Translations under genes and position numbers: made by a program
Notes under the pieces: model-generated
What the model was told of the DNA's origin: nothing
The model's input: only the letters and a program-made list of their open reading frames with translations
Database searches by the model: none
In this document: positions 1 to 12,900 of the stretch, piece by piece
How positions within the stretch are numbered: position 1 is the stretch's first letter
Layout: each line of letters opens with the position of its first letter
Assembly: GCA_010909165.1 (NCBI GenBank)
Contig: VJWM01000253.1
Coordinates: 156,591 to 220,590 of the forward strand
Direction of reading: 5' to 3'
Source: Anthoceros angustus
Lineage: Eukaryota > Plantae > Anthocerotophyta
Length of the DNA stretch: 64,000 nucleotides

Positions 1-414
1 CACTGACAACCCTATGGTCCTGGTCCACTGCATGCCTGTTCCCCTCTCAGCACCGTCCACAAGGCCCCCTTGCCAAAACACGCTCCCCCGTTCCAAAGTT
101 ACTTTTCCCAGCGTACTTATCGCGACTTACTCCGGAGTGCAGTCCGGACTCACCCCGGCCTACTCTGGAGTGCAGTCCGTAGTCTCCCAGGCTACTCCGG
201 AGTGCGGTCCGGAGCCACCCTGGCCTTATTTCTCCCTTTCCGCCTTATTTCCCACTCCCCACTAACAAAAAACAAAAAACTAGCTCATTACCTTCCTAAG
301 GGGGAGAGCCCACAGTCCATAGCAGGTCCGTCAACCTCCCTGGCCCGTTTTGCGGCCAATTCCTTCTCCGCTCGTCTCCGCTTGGGGTCCGGTGGGGGTG
401 AAGGGGTCCGGGAG
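1..414 (-). pseudogene. Family-C retroelement-associated ORF relic (coiled-coil part), with three ~33-bp repeats at ~127-235
   Basis: Reverse complement of 300-414 (ctcccggacccc...ggaccccaagcggaga...ggagaagga) aligns by eye with 23505-23600 (+) and 52560-52690 (-). The motif tactc(c/t)ggagtgc(a/g)gtccg occurs three times. Confidence 0.55.
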
Positions 415-2434
415 TGTGGTGACCACATGGGTACTCAGACCCCCTCGAAAAGGAGTGTTTTTTTTGTTTTGTGTTTAAGTTGTGAGAATCGTGTGAGTTG
501 GAATGTGAAGTAGGTTAGGAAATAAGAAAAGTCTACTAGAGCCTAGTAGGAGGAAGAGAGTCTAGTCCCGATCCCGGATGTAACCTTGAGGGTTGGTCGT
601 CAATTTGACCGTTAACGCGTTGCTAGGGCTGTTGAACAGGACTGCTATGACAACAACCGACTGGAGCCTGCTATGGTAGCAACCAAGTCGGAGTTATTTT
701 CCGATAAATTCGGAAACCTATTTGGGCGAAATCACAGGAAATACCCGAACGGGAAGTAATGGGGAACATGGAGGTACTTGATCCATGCCTTGACGGCACC
801 GGATCCTACCTATGGGTTGGACTCTTATGGAGGAGACTTTCACCACCCATCCAGGATTCAAGAGCTCACCGAGGAGGAGTACTGTGCTATGTCATGAGCA
901 CAAGAGAGGGAGGAGTCCAGAGGAGGTGGAGATTTTGGGAGAGTTTGCCCAACCACCCAAGAGGGAGGAGAGCAAGAGGAGAGCATAATAGGAGGCCTAG
1001 GAGGCCTAGGAGAGATAATAGGGTAAGTGACCAAATAGTCAGAGGCCCATGTGCTATAGATAGATCAGAATCTTATCTTCTTAGTGGATGTAATTAAGAG
1101 ATAGGCCTCTAGGACTGTAGGCTAAGACCGATTGGTATTTTGGCAAGCCCAAGCTTTTTGTGGGTGATCTTGGGTATAAGAGGCAGCCCTCTTGATGAAA
1201 TGTAAGCAAAGGTCTGGTGTTTGGGGTGAGCACGGGGTTTGGGGGTACTGATCCAAAGGTCGTAAGTCTAGACACGCTTTGTCACAGGAGAAGCCAAGAA
1301 GACCACTGTTGCCTAGATCCGTGGGCCGATCCGCAAGGGTGGTGGAAAGCAAGGGAGGGAGCCTTGAGGTCTCCTTGAGGGAGTTTCCAAGGTCAAGAGG
1401 AAGGGGTTGTGAAGCCGGGAGGCTGTCCACTCTTCCTCATTCCTCTTCAGCCTAGTCTAGTACTCACCTTGTGTTTTGAGTTTCGTGTGGAGGTCGGGTG
1501 TTTGGGAGAAGAGAGGGCGGGAGGTGTGAGGAGAAGACAAGGCGGGAGCCTGTGTGTGGAGGAGAAGTCAAGGAAAGTCAAGTGAGTTGGAGGCCGTGGG
1601 CTTGTGTGTTTGGAAAATGAGAGGAAAGTGAACTGTGAGAGAAGTGGAGAATGGACATGGAGAGTTGCTGATTGGCTATTTGAGAGGCTGAAGAAGGAGC
1701 CGTGAGAGTCTGTGGATGGCTTTGTAAAGTTGGTGAAGAGAGAACCGAGCCGGAAGGTGAGATTGAATGGGGCAAAGTGAGGTGTGAGAACAAGGAGAGT
1801 TGAAGAGAGGCTGGGAGACTTGGAGAGTGGGGAGGATCATGAGAGGCACCTCAAGGGGCTGTGAGAGCCTGGAGAGGTCTGTATGGAGCTTGGAAGGTGA
1901 GCTGCGGAGGAGAGACAAGGAAGTCTCAAGAAGTGCCGCAAGAGAAAGGGGTAGTTTGTGTGAGCTGCAACCCTTTATGCCCGTGAGTTGTCCTAGGTTT
2001 AGGTTTAGAGATTAGGTTAGGGCCGCTTAGGTTGTCCATAAATAGTGTGTGAAAAGGTGACACGTGGCTAACTCGATTGGTGGATCTAACTTTGTGGATA
2101 GATAAGAGAGAGGGTGTCCAACCTTATCCACTTGGATCCCCAAGTGGGTCCCACCTTCTATTAATAGCCGACCTGATCCCAAGGTGGACCCCACTGCTAA
2201 AATAGAGGGTGGTTGCTAAGATAGCAACTGTCCGTCTGCTAAGGTAGCAACAGGTCGGCTAAGATAGCCATGTGTCCGAGTGTTGTTAGGATAGTAGCGT
2301 CTCAGAATCGCTAGATGTTTGGTGTGTCCGTGTTTGGTTGGATTGGCTATGTTGTCTTGACACGAAATCACCCCTTGGGTACGTAATCTCAAGTCTACAA
2401 CGATAAGAGGGTAAATGTGGCCTCTTTGTGACCA
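415..2434 (+). mobile_element. LTR-like repeat (family A/B), internally deleted ~2.0-kb version
   Basis: Starts TG (tgtggtgacc) and ends CA (tttgtgacca). 415-~740 matches the reverse complement of 22915-23232, and ~765-2434 matches the reverse complement of 5363-6935. No clean TSD. Confidence 0.6.
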
Positions 2435-3364
2435 CTTGGTTTAGAAAATCACCTGCTGTGGAGCTTGGCTCTGGGCTTCTTCCCTCCCTATGAGGAGAGG
2501 ACCGCCCGGGTAGGCTACCGCTAGTGGCCCCTCACTGGCAACAAGGCCTCGCCGCTCTTCACGGCCTCCTCCGCCTGCTCACGCATCACCGGCCAGGGTA
2601 AGCACTGGGCCATCAATGTGGACAGGGAGTTGGGCGCTTGTTCTCTTTCGCTTGCCTGCCCCACTGTCGATCGGGCTGGTCGAGTCCCCGAGCACTGGCC
2701 ACCGGGTGCCATACTGGCACCAACTCCATTCCCATCGAGCTTTGCCATCGGGACTGGCCTGCTGAGGGTCCGGAGGAGGGAAGCAGAATTTCTTCCCATA
2801 CTCCTTGGTGAGGGGGTCCGCTCGCATTTAATGGCATCTAGGATGCTCTCCCAGTCCTCTTCCTCCTGGGCACATCGTGCTTGGCCAAGGCTGGCCCTAG
2901 TCTCGCGCTTCTCCCACTCCCTCCCAGAGGGGTGGCCAGCCTCGGAGGCCTGCCCTCCTCTCCCTCCCTTCAAGAGATTGAGGTGTCCCTGCACACGCGA
3001 AAGAGGATAGTGCGAAGGAGGAGCCGCCGTGCAGCCTCCTCGCCTCCCGAGCTATCCGGCGAGGATAATTGGCCCTGGCTACCCCTTGCCCTCCTGGAGG
3101 CGGAAGACCAGCAGGTTATCTCCTAGGTGGTCCACCTTGGGAGCATGCCCAGTGCACGATGATCTCGCAACGCCCTCACCCCGGGTCCACAAGAGGTCCC
3201 ACATCAACCAGCCCATTGGAGGATCTCTGCCCGGCTTCCGGGCGGCCACCTTGGCCACTTCCACCTTTTCCTTCACCTTTCAGGGGCCCGTACCACGCAC
3301 CCAACTTCTTCACCGGGCGATTGTAAACCCCAAAGGACCTCCACCGTCCATCTCCTCGGGTCCT
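2435..3364 (-). pseudogene. Family-C ORF relic (KVDHLGDNLLVF domain)
   Basis: ORF 3079..3276 (GWLMWDLLWTRG...KVDHLGDNLLVF) is homologous to 4777..5136 (+) and ~52900-53010 (-). The string gtatgggaagaaatt is shared at ~2800 (-) and ~5255 (+). Confidence 0.6.
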
Positions 3365-4750
3365 TGGGAAAAGTTTCATATATACTCATGTTTTCATTCC
3401 GGTCTAAGAATTGATTACATGTTGAGTGTCTGCCGGGTTCTGTGTCTGCAATGAGGTGCTATGCAAACAAAAGCTTGGGTGTATATGGTTGATGCCTCTT
3501 GGATGTAGAGTGTGTGACTGGGTTCAAATGGCGGTCTTGGTACCTCACTCATTACTCCCGCCTCACCTCCCAGTAATCCATCCTTGTACTTGATGTGGGA
3601 TCAGATGGACTCCTGAAGTTTGCGAGGCCTAAGGTAGAGGTGAGTGTTTCGTGCCTGGCTTTGCCTAGCGACTTAGTGAGGAGGTCATCAAGATTGACTG
3701 TAGGAACATGGTGTGGGAGCGAATGTGCTCTAGTCGCGTCGCCTGTGACAAAGTGATAAGCAACTTCTATATGCTTTGTCCTAGCATGGAATCTATCACC
3801 CTTGGTTAAGGCAATGGCTAGAGTGCTATCACAATGCAGGACAGTAGGATTTGCTTGTGGGTAGCCAAGGTCTTCAAGGATTTGCCTGCAGTGTACGATT
3901 TCTTTTCCAGCCTTGGATAAGGCTCCATATTCACTTTCGGCGCTTGATGTGGAAATCGTGGCAAGCTTCTTGCTTGACCATAATACGGCTGATCCTCCCA
4001 AGGTGAAGACATAGGCCGCAACGCTTCGACGAGAGTATCGGCCTGGATGCCCCCGCACTGCATCAGCCACTCAAAGTTAAGCACTCCATTACTTGACCTC
4101 TTGTAGGTGATTCCAAGATAAGTCGTACCCTTCAGATAACGGTAGATTCGCTTCACACACATCCAAAGCAGCTCGCCTGTGATTAGACATGAACTGTGCT
4201 ACACTAGATGCAGCATGGGAAATGTCAGAGCGTGGTCCAAATTGGAAGATAGATGATAATGATCTAAGATAAGGCACCTTGGCCATGTCCTCCTTTTCTA
4301 CTTCTGGGCCAGGGGCAATCCAAGGTGAGCTTGACCGCCAGAAGCGTGTTGGACCAGGCCGAGCATCTGAGAGCTTGAACTTATCTAAAATTTCAAGAAC
4401 GTACTTCGACTGGAGCAGAGACAGTGTGCCTGCCTCTCTGTCTCGACGGATTTGTACTCCGAGACAGTACTCCAAGGGTCCTAAGTCCCTCATCTTAAAC
4501 CTGGCAGCGAGCATTTCCTTCACATCAACAAGCATCTTCTTTGGATCATTTGTGAACAGAATGCAATCGTCTACATATAAGGCCAGTGCCAAGAACTTGT
4601 CTCCCCTTCGCAGCAAGTATAAGTTCTGGTCTGCTAAGGTCTGGACAAAGCCGAATTGGATGAGGTGACCGTCAATCAGCACATAAAATTCATCTGGTGC
4701 TTGCCTCATTTGGAAACCATTGCTTTGCTTAAACGGGGCGGACATAGATT
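3365..4750 (-). mobile_element. Ty1/copia retrotransposon 3' fragment (RT, RNase H, PPT, probable short 3' LTR ~3365-3550)
   Basis: RT motif LALALYVDDCILF...FKMRDLGPLEYCLGVQIRRD (4089..4745). RNase H motifs SAVLWSSKKLATISTSSAESEY, LHCDSTLAI and FHARTKHIEVAYHFV (3552..4070). Purine tract gggaggtgaggcgggag on the - strand at ~3554-3570. 5'-truncated at ~4750. Confidence 0.92.
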
Positions 4751-4759
4751 CATTTCTGC

Positions 4760-5362
4760 GTTAGCCTCGTGAAAGTATGGAAGCCGCCAAGGTGGCGCTT
4801 TTGAGGCCGGGGATGCAGCGGTCCTCGAATGGGTGGCTGATGTCGGACCTATTGGACCAACGGGTGAGAGCGGTGGCGAAAGTCATCGTGCATTGGAACA
4901 TGCTCACCAAGGTGGACCACCTTGGTGACAATTTGCTGGTGTTCCTCCACGCCCTGCAGCGGGGGAAAAGAGCGGATTGGGGAAGGATCATCTTCGCCCG
5001 GATCAACCAGAGGCATCAGAAGGCGCAATGGAAGTCACCTCGCCGCTGTTGTCGCCATTGTCCACGTGGGAACACCTCAACCTCAAGGAAGGGAGAAGAA
5101 GAGCGAGCGCCAGAAATGGCTGGTAACCCCGCTTGACTCGGAGCAAGAGGCGAGGGCCCAAACCGTAAGGATGTACCCAGCCTCAAGCCACCTGTGGGAG
5201 GAGAGGACCTGAAGGTATTCCTGACTCCATACCTGGAGGGACTTCCGCCTGGAAGTATGGGAAGAAATTCCCGCCTCCTCTAGTCCCTCACTAAACACCC
5301 GCACGGGAGGCAACTACGACAAGGAGAGAGCTGGTGGTCGCGTGTGGAGTGCTTTTCAACTA
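4760..5362 (+). pseudogene. Family-C ORF relic, N-side of the locus interrupted by the family-B LTR
   Basis: ORF 4777..5136: GWLMSDLLDQRVRAVAKVIVHWNMLTKVDHLGDNLLVFLHALQRGKRADWGRIIFARI. The L..L..G...DW..IF pattern resembles extra ORFs of plant LTR elements (putative plant transposon protein type); that assignment is tentative. Confidence 0.6.
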
Positions 5363-7515
5363 TGGGTCACAAAGAGGCCACATTTACCCTCTTTATCGTT
5401 GTAGACTTGAGATTCGTACTAAGGGAGTGATTTCGTGTCAAGACAACCAAAACATAGCCAATCCAACCAAACACGACACACCAAACATCTAGCGCACACT
5501 GTGCTACTACCTAACAACACTCGGACTGTGCTATCTTAGCCACGCGACCTCGATACCAGAACGGATGTAATCTTGCTAACTTAGCAACCCTCTATTTCTA
5601 GCAGAGGGGGTCCACCTTGGGATCAGTCGCTATTAATAGAAGGGACCCACCGGGGATCCAAGTGGATAAGGCTGACTCTCTCTCTCTCTCTCTACTCATC
5701 CACAAAGTTAGATCCACCAATCGATTACCGCCTCATAACCCCCTCCTCTCACTCTTGCAAGACTTCTTCGACTTCCTTGCTCCTCCCGCCTTCCAGCTCA
5801 CCTTCCAACCCCATACCAACCTCTGTCCTCACACTCTCCAAGTTCCCCAAAGAACTCTCTTCAACTCCTTGTTCTCACTCACCGCCCCATCCCCCACTCT
5901 CCACTCCCGCCCCATAAGGTTTCTCATCCACCCTTACACTTCACCAACTCTCAAAATACTTGTTCATCTCCCGCAATCATTCCGTCTCATCCACGGATCT
6001 TCAACCTCCACGCCTCTTCTTCAAGAACACAAACATCACTTACAGCATTCTCCAGCCTTCTTACTCCTCTCAAACAGCCAATCAAGAACTCTCCATGTCC
6101 AAAGATTCTCCACTTCTCTCATGCTCACTTTTCCCTCATTTTCCAAACACACAAGCCCACTGTGCCCCAACTCACTCTCCCTTCCTCCTTCCACACACAG
6201 GCTCCGCCTTTGTCTTCTCTCGACCTTCGACACTGAAAACTTAAACACAAGGTGAGTACTAGACAAACCGCAGAGAATGAGTAAAGGAGGGACAGCTCCC
6301 GCTCCCGACTTCCTCTTGACCTTGAGGACTCCCTCCAAGGAGATCACAAGGCTCCCTTCCCTTGCTTTCCACCACTTGGATCCGCCACATGATCCGGGCA
6401 ACTTGGTAGTCTTCTCCCCTCGAGTGAGGAACAAAGGTTTAGGCTTACAAAGACCGGATCCGAACCTCCCAAACCCCGTGCACCCCAAACACCGAGACTT
6501 AGGCCAACATTGCTTACATTTCATCAAGAGGGCTCCTTATACCCAAGATCACAAAGTTTTGGTCGCTGCCAAAAATACCAATCCTTAGCCTACCAATCCT
6601 AGAGGCCTATCTATTATCGCCCACTATGAGAGAGGATAAGATTTATATAACACATGGGCCTTTAGCTATTTCAGGCCACTTACCCCTATTACCTCCCGGG
6701 CCTCCTAGGCCGCCTAGCCCCATGTTCTCCTCTTGCTCTCCTCCCTCTGGTTGGGCAATCTCTCCCATAAAATCTCCACCTCCTCGAGCTGGACTCCTCT
6801 CTCTGTGCTCAGCAGTCCTGCACTCCTATGAGCTCTTGAATCGGATGGGTCGGCCGAGAGTTTCCTCCTTAAGAATCCAACCCATAGGTAGGATCCAGTC
6901 TGCCAAGGCATGGATCAAGTACCTCCATGTCCCCCCGTGCCCACAACAACATAAACTTTCGGAGACAATCTTCCACCCAAGGAGAATCCAGCACATGGTT
7001 ATCTTGATAAGCATCCTCAATCTAATGCACCATTGGGAAGTTAGACTTTAGGCGGCGCCTCGGCCTGCTTTGTCCTCCTCCCGGTCTGCCCCTTCTTCCT
7101 TGTCCTGTCTGAGCCCGTGTCCCTTAGCAACCGAGTTGTTGCTTAGCATGCTTGCGGTTGCTTGCTTAGCAACCTCCTCTGCTGCTAACTCAAGAATGAT
7201 TCTTCCATGGAGGCTCCGATCTTCCACTTGGCTCTCCTTGCAATCCCGGCCCTCTTGGCCTCTTTCCAACCTTTCCTTGCCTCGTCCCTCTCCTTCTTGT
7301 AGCGCCAACAGGGCATCCGGGTTTCGCCTCGAACATGATCCGAGATGACATTCTCGCAGCCTCCCTATGGTGCTTTGGCGTCCGAGAGCGAACCATGAGG
7401 GTTTCCCGATCCTTGGTCGCAACTCTTCCTGACCTTCCTTAATTCCGCCCATGCTACCTAGGCGCCCCTCCAAGACCTCCTTCCCCGCTCATCTCGAGCC
7501 CTTTAGCCCCTGCTC
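5363..7515 (-). mobile_element. 3' portion of the ~4.7-kb family-B LTR-like repeat (ORF C-terminus at ~7050-7515, then non-coding part)
   Basis: 5363-6935 is the reverse complement of ~765-2434 and ends ...tgtgaccca on the - strand. Coiled-coil-like ORF 7048..7473 (-). Contiguous with 20725-23232 once the Athila insertion is removed. Confidence 0.6.
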
Positions 7516-7620
7516 CAGAGACCGATCTGGACTTGAAACCTGGGACGTGCCCGAAGTGTTTTTTTTTTTGTTTTTTGGGATCCGTGGTGTGAAAATAAGT
7601 CGGGTTGGTAGTAGGCGAGG

Positions 7621-7629
7621 TATTTATAG
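7621..7629 (-). promoter_or_regulatory. TATA-like box (CTATAAATA) on the antisense strand near the LTR 5' end
   Basis: tatttatag at 7621-7629, conserved at 17142-17150 in the 3' LTR. Confidence 0.35.
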
Positions 7630-8146
7630 AAGAAATGCCCTTGGCCTATGGATTCTTTTCTTGTTTTGATTTTTAAGTTAGAAAATAAATGGTCCGGAAT
7701 TTGGTGTTCCTTGGCCCATGGACTGGAATGTTCCCTAAAAAGTCTATATATGTGAGATAGGGGTTGGAATAATTAGAGTGTGATAGGTCTATAAGTTGGG
7801 GTTGACAGCCAGAGTGAATGAGTGTGGGGGTTGTGGATTGGGGAAAGCAGAGTTTAACAGAGTAGGGGAACCCGGGAAACTTAACCCTAGGAATGATGTA
7901 ATCCCGCTCAAACAACGGAGCGCAACGGCGGGCCGGACGGAGCGAGCAGCGGAGCGCGACGACGGCGCCGGTCGAGGAGCGGTCCGGGGCACCGTGATCG
8001 CAGGAGGGCGAGGCGCAACGACGGGAGCTCAACCCCGCTGCCGATATCGCGAGGCGCGACGCAGAGGAGGAAGGCGGCGCCGCGCCCGGGCCGAGGAGGT
8101 AGGAACTCGAGACCGACCCCCGTGAAATTCGCAGCGAGGTGGCGCG

Positions 8147-10100
8147 GTGGCGCGAGACCGTGAAGACCGTGAGAGGGATGGCGCCAAGGTCACCACCGAA
8201 ATTGTGCTTGCCCAATGGCCGAACATGGATCATTGGAAAGTTCGAGGGGAGCTGAAGGAGCCGGGTTTCATGGAAGAGCGGTGGAATTACATGAACTGGA
8301 CTGCAGGAGCGCGCACACGGACAAATACCAAAGGGGATTTAGAGCGAAGCAGGATTGGGACCGGAGGTTAGAAGGGTGGGGCGGGCAAGGAGGAGGCGGG
8401 CGGTTGGTGATGGAGCCGCCCGAAAAGAAGCACGGCAATAGCAGCACCGCCCGTTAAAGCGGCGACTCGAACCCAACGGGCCGGATTGGGACGGGCAATG
8501 CAGCTTGATGGGTCCGCGCTTCTATGTTTCGCAGCAAGCGGATTATTTGTCCGACCACTGCGCCGCCTTCATGAAGTGGTCAAGGGGCGAAGATCGAAGC
8601 AATTCTCTTGTTGTGTGAAGAGAGGTTGAACTTGATTTCCTCTCGCCTCTCTAATCTCACCATTTCGTCCATCTTTATGTTTACGCTAACCCGCTGAGGT
8701 GGAGATTGTAGCCTCCTCCACATGTGGAAGCCGCTTAGGGAGGTGAATGGAAGGCGGAGGAGCCCAAGGAGGAAAAATCGGATAGCCGGGAGTCGGTCAG
8801 GGCCTGGAGGAGGAGAAGGAAATTCCCACCAAAGAAAAGGAGGAAGACCGGGGTGAAAGGCGGGCATCAAAAAAAGGTGAAGGCGGATGCGCGCGGCCAC
8901 TGTCGAAAACGCCAAGGCTAGTAAAATGAAAGCCAAACGGCAGCTTGGAGGTGGCAAGAGGAGGCGCGATCCGAGGACAATTTTCGACCGGATGCGATGA
9001 ATCAACCTGAGGGTTTAGGGTGACCTCGGGACCCTCCTCAAAGATGGGAAGAGATTTTCAAGGGACTCCACCGCAACAGAGGTGGATGCAACCGAATTGG
9101 TGAGGGTGCGCACTCCGGGAGGAAAGTTCTCGACAGAGGGATGGCGTCGCGGGCCGCCACAACAAGTGGACTTGGAGTGACCACGCCGATGATCCGCCCA
9201 AGGGATTTGTTGGATCTGCTTTAGCTCACCGCCTGGGCAGCGACGGAGGAAGTGGTGAAGGCGTTTGTTTAAGAGGAGGCGCAAGCAATCGGAGGAAGAC
9301 AAGCGGAACCTAGAGGAAATAAGGGCCAAGATTCAAGAAGATTTGTGGCAGGCCTGTGAGAAGTTGCAAGCCATGACGAGCTGCAGGAAGCACTCATGGC
9401 TCAAATTAAGGATGCCCACGAGACGAACCAGGAGATGCGGGAGTTGTTGCAGCCCAGGCGTGAAGCGGCCTCGGGAAAAGGCCCATAAGTGAGCGATATA
9501 AGCGGAGCGGATGAGGCACGTGGCCGGGCCGTAAAAGACAAAGGGAAGGGAAGCGGGTAGCAGGACCACGATCGAGTAGCGGAAGGCCTACCGAGCGGAA
9601 GGAAGCGAACCGAGGTAGCCGAAACCTCACCTGTCGAACGAACGACGGCCGTGGAGTCCACTACTCAGAAACGAAACCGCCACCGACATTGGCGCAACCA
9701 ACCCGGAAGCAGGGCGGGCGAGGTGCGACGTGGCGCCGAGGACATAGGCCGTGCAACTGTGTAGCCTACGGGAGGAGGGGTAAGCACCTCACCGCAGCAG
9801 GGGTCCTATTATTACGGCACATGGATGAGGAAACTTATGTGCCTCGGTCTATATGTGAATGGAGAACGCGTGCTTAACCTCACCGCCCATGTGCGTGTGG
9901 AAATAGGAGGGACTGGCCTACCATCGCAAGTGAGGACCCGGTGCATACTTCTACCACCGCGCTGTGGGGTTGGCTCCTATTATGCGGAGGCGACTTTGGA
10001 GGAGTTGAGCGAGGAGGAGGTCCAGCTTGGGTCGAGGAACCAATAATCCTCGAATAGGCGGCCGGAAGATGGAAGCCCAGGCGGTGGTACACCTCAAATT
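8147..10100 (+). pseudogene. Frameshifted sense ORF of unknown function embedded in the 5' LTR
   Basis: Successive protein-like segments: VTTEIVLAQWPNMDHWKVRGELKEPGFMEERWNYMNW; coiled-coil EEDKRNLEEIRAKIQEDLWQACEKLQ/ELQEALMAQIKDAHETNQEMRELL; RGHRPCNCVAY; GLYVNGERVLNLTAHVRVEIGG; GVGSYYAEATLEELSEEEV. The same segments occur in the 3' LTR. Confidence 0.55.
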
Positions 10101-10347
10101 CGACGCCCAGCAGCGATGTGAGGTGGAAGTAGTGGGAGAACCCGTCCGACCAGTGGCGTGAGAGCTCGGCGGCAGCAATGGAGGACGAGGCCGACGGCCA
10201 AGTCGAGGTAGGGCGCAGATAGCGAGGGGTGAGGTGGTAGCAACCTAAAGATAATTTGGTTAGGATGTCATCGACCTAGGATCGCCCGAAGTGTGGCCCT
10301 TCTGATAGCCATCTTAGGACCTAAAATCCGGGTGGTGCCCACCGATG

Positions 10348-10353
10348 TATAAG
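10348..10353 (+). promoter_or_regulatory. Candidate LTR TATA box (TATAAG)
   Basis: gatgtataagagg is conserved in both LTRs (10345 and ~19838), ~900 bp upstream of the LTR end. Confidence 0.35.
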
Positions 10354-11266
10354 AGGCGAATTAGGTCCCTCACGATAACTCGTTGAGATCCCCACGCCTG
10401 TGGCTGGTTGGAGACGTCCGAGATGAGGTGGTGTGCGCGAGACGCCCTAGGGTGGTCGAGAGCTTGCTCCGCAGGGAGGAGGGGTGATAAAGCAATCTTG
10501 CCGACAAAGGAGGAGGAAACCAAGGGATTGGCGCGGGCGGTCCGGAGCTTGCTCAACGCCGGACGCCCGGGGTTCTTCTTTCCTTCACACTTGTCCCCGC
10601 TAGTTGTGTTCAAAGAGAGGTGAGTGGATGGTTGGAAGCTCGAATTGAGGGAGAGAGAGAGAGGAGAAGATTGGGTGAAGGAGTGACTAAACATCAGACG
10701 ATGCGAGGTGTGAGAGGAGTTGAGAAGGGAACTAATTGAGGCTAGCGGAGATTTGTGTGAATCCAAAAGAAACCAAACCGGGTCCGGTGGAAGCGCAAAA
10801 ACAACGCCCTTGTAAAATTGTGAGTGTGGCGCCTTTGTGTGTGTGGAGTGAGGAGGTGGAATTTAGGTCCCTAGGAATGTGTGTGTTGAAGTGGAGTGCA
10901 GAATAAAGCCGATCCGCGCTGACGCCCGTGGTGGGATCCGCGGCGCCGCGGCGCCGAAATAAGTCGCTAGGGTTTGGTGTGGGACCCACCTCGGTGGAAG
11001 CACCCAGTGGTGAGAGCCACCGCTCGTGGAATAAGACGGTCGTGGAATAAGAGCCGTGGTAGCTAGACAAGTCGGGGGTAGTAGTGGTTGAGTAGATAGG
11101 TAAGAGGAGTAATAGCAAGTAAGTCTTGACTTAGGTGAAGGTCGAGATAGAAGTTAGCGCCTTGGCACAAACCATTCCCTTGGGAGCGAATCCTAAGCCT
11201 ACAACGACATTGAGGGTGAATGTGGACCTCACGGTGTCCCCGGACACGAATCCACACTCCACATTT

Positions 11267-11282
11267 TGGCGCCTGCCGGGAA
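11267..11282 (+). other. Primer-binding site complementary to tRNA-Asp 3' end
   Basis: tggcgcctgccgggaa lies 3 nt after the LTR-terminal CA. It matches the Athila PBS TGGCGCCGTTGCCGGGGA with small deletions. Confidence 0.8.
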
Positions 11283-11619
11283 TGGAATCCAAGGACGAGG
11301 AGACTAACCATAGCTAAGTAGAGTCTAGCATTACTAGATTGATGATGGATGCCTCGGTGGAGACAAGCGATTCGATCCGACTGGGGAAACGCTCGCAAGA
11401 CGGCAACGCCAAGCAGGAAAGATTGCAGAGAGTTACGAGGAGAGCACGGGCGAGATCACACTTGGACGAGGAAGAGGGGGTGGAGTCAACTCGAGTTGGG
11501 ATCGGATCTTATCGGATTGGATTCCCAACTCGAAGCGTACAAGGGCCGTACCCGATTCCACCTTGTCTTTTGATCTCGCTCCCGGTGCAACAGTCCAACT
11601 GTGAATGTAGGTCCCGCAT

Positions 11620-12900
11620 TTAGTGGCCGGCCAACTACCGCAGCTGCTGAAAGTACTACCCGTAGTTATGGCGATCTGCCTTACTAAGCAATCTTACCCG
11701 CTGTACGGAGAAAAGAAGGGCCATGAGGATCCCGACGAGTTTGTCGAGCGCTTTGAGCTTGACGCCACAACCGTGAGGATGCGATCGTGCCCAGCTTTTT
11801 TATGGAGTCTTACGGAGCGGCCAAGTGGTACAAGCGGGAGTACATAGCTTCCGCCACACCCCTACTTTTGGGGCCTTGAAGAGAGCTTTTGTGAAAGATC
11901 AGAGGGGTCGATGTGGAAGGATATGTCTTGTCCAAACTCGAGGGAGGGAGAGGGAAGAAGGAGACACAGCTTATGTGGAAAGGTTCCACACCCACGGATC
12001 GGGCCGGTCCGCACGAGCTAATGGCCATTCACGGTTTGCAAGAGGATTGGGGAGATGGGAAGGCACGTGCCTCCGGAGAAAAGATTTGGATCGACAAAGT
12101 CGCTCGAACTATGAGGAGTCCAACGCGGAAGAGAAGAAGAACTAACAAACTAAGGACAAAAAGAAATACAAAAGAAGAAGAAGTACTATTCGCCTCCGAT
12201 GAGCTCATGGAGGAGGATAGTTTCTTCAACCGACTCCTCGGGTAGCTCCACCAAGAGGAGACCACGAGGATTCGGAGGAGAATTCGTAAGGTGAGCGCAA
12301 TCAAGGGATAGAAGGAAGAAGGGAAAAATGATCGGAAACACGACGTGCAAAAGGGAAGGAGCCGCTATATGCACGAAAGGACGCGGAGTGTGAGAAGAGA
12401 GGTGGAAACAAAAGTGGAGCAACAAGGAACAAGATGGAAATGATGGTCAAACCGAGAAACTCCATCTTAATGCCATCAAGGACCATGATAGAAGAAGGGT
12501 TACGGAGCGGCGAATCTCTTCGCTCAACTTGTGGATGCAGGGCACTCGAGGTCGAATGCCCACAAACAAAAGTGCAACCAGCTACGAGGAAGAGGATGAG
12601 GAGATGTGCTTGGAAGATACATACCAAATTCAAGAGGCAACACCGATCTCGGTACCAAAACTTTGTACTTTTGCGAAACCCCATGTGCATGGGCATTCGC
12701 AATCGATGGCAAGGAACCCCGGGCAAATGAGTGCCGTTGTTACAATTGCCGAGGGTTCGCATCTTGCTGCTGGATGCCCCTCCGCATCTCGCCGGGAATG
12801 GTGATTTTGAAAGGTGTGTGGACAAGCAATCGTCACGTAGCCGGCAGTCCCTCCCGACACCAAAAACAGTGAGGATCGCTCAACCTCTTACTGACCCACC
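11620..12900 (+). pseudogene. gag: gag relic of the Athila-type element
   Basis: KKGHEDPDEFVERFELDAT (11623..11847) and a zinc-knuckle remnant CYNCRG at ~12735-12775. Multiple frameshifts. Confidence 0.7.

Larger units (their letters stand above)
7516..11263 (+). repeat. 5' LTR of the Athila-type element (~3.75 kb)
   Basis: Colinear with 17047-20724 over the whole length, e.g. gtgtgaaaataagtcgggttggtagtag at ~7588/17110 and tccacac(t)ccaca at both ends. Followed directly by the PBS. The first bases (cagagacc) do not match the TG start of the 3' LTR. Confidence 0.85.

Noticed and set aside
5617-6255. 212-aa ORF and the 332-aa ORF at 26968..27966 as genes
   Set aside because: Both are compositionally biased reverse-frame shadows of purine-rich LTR or ORF sequence with no recognisable domain.
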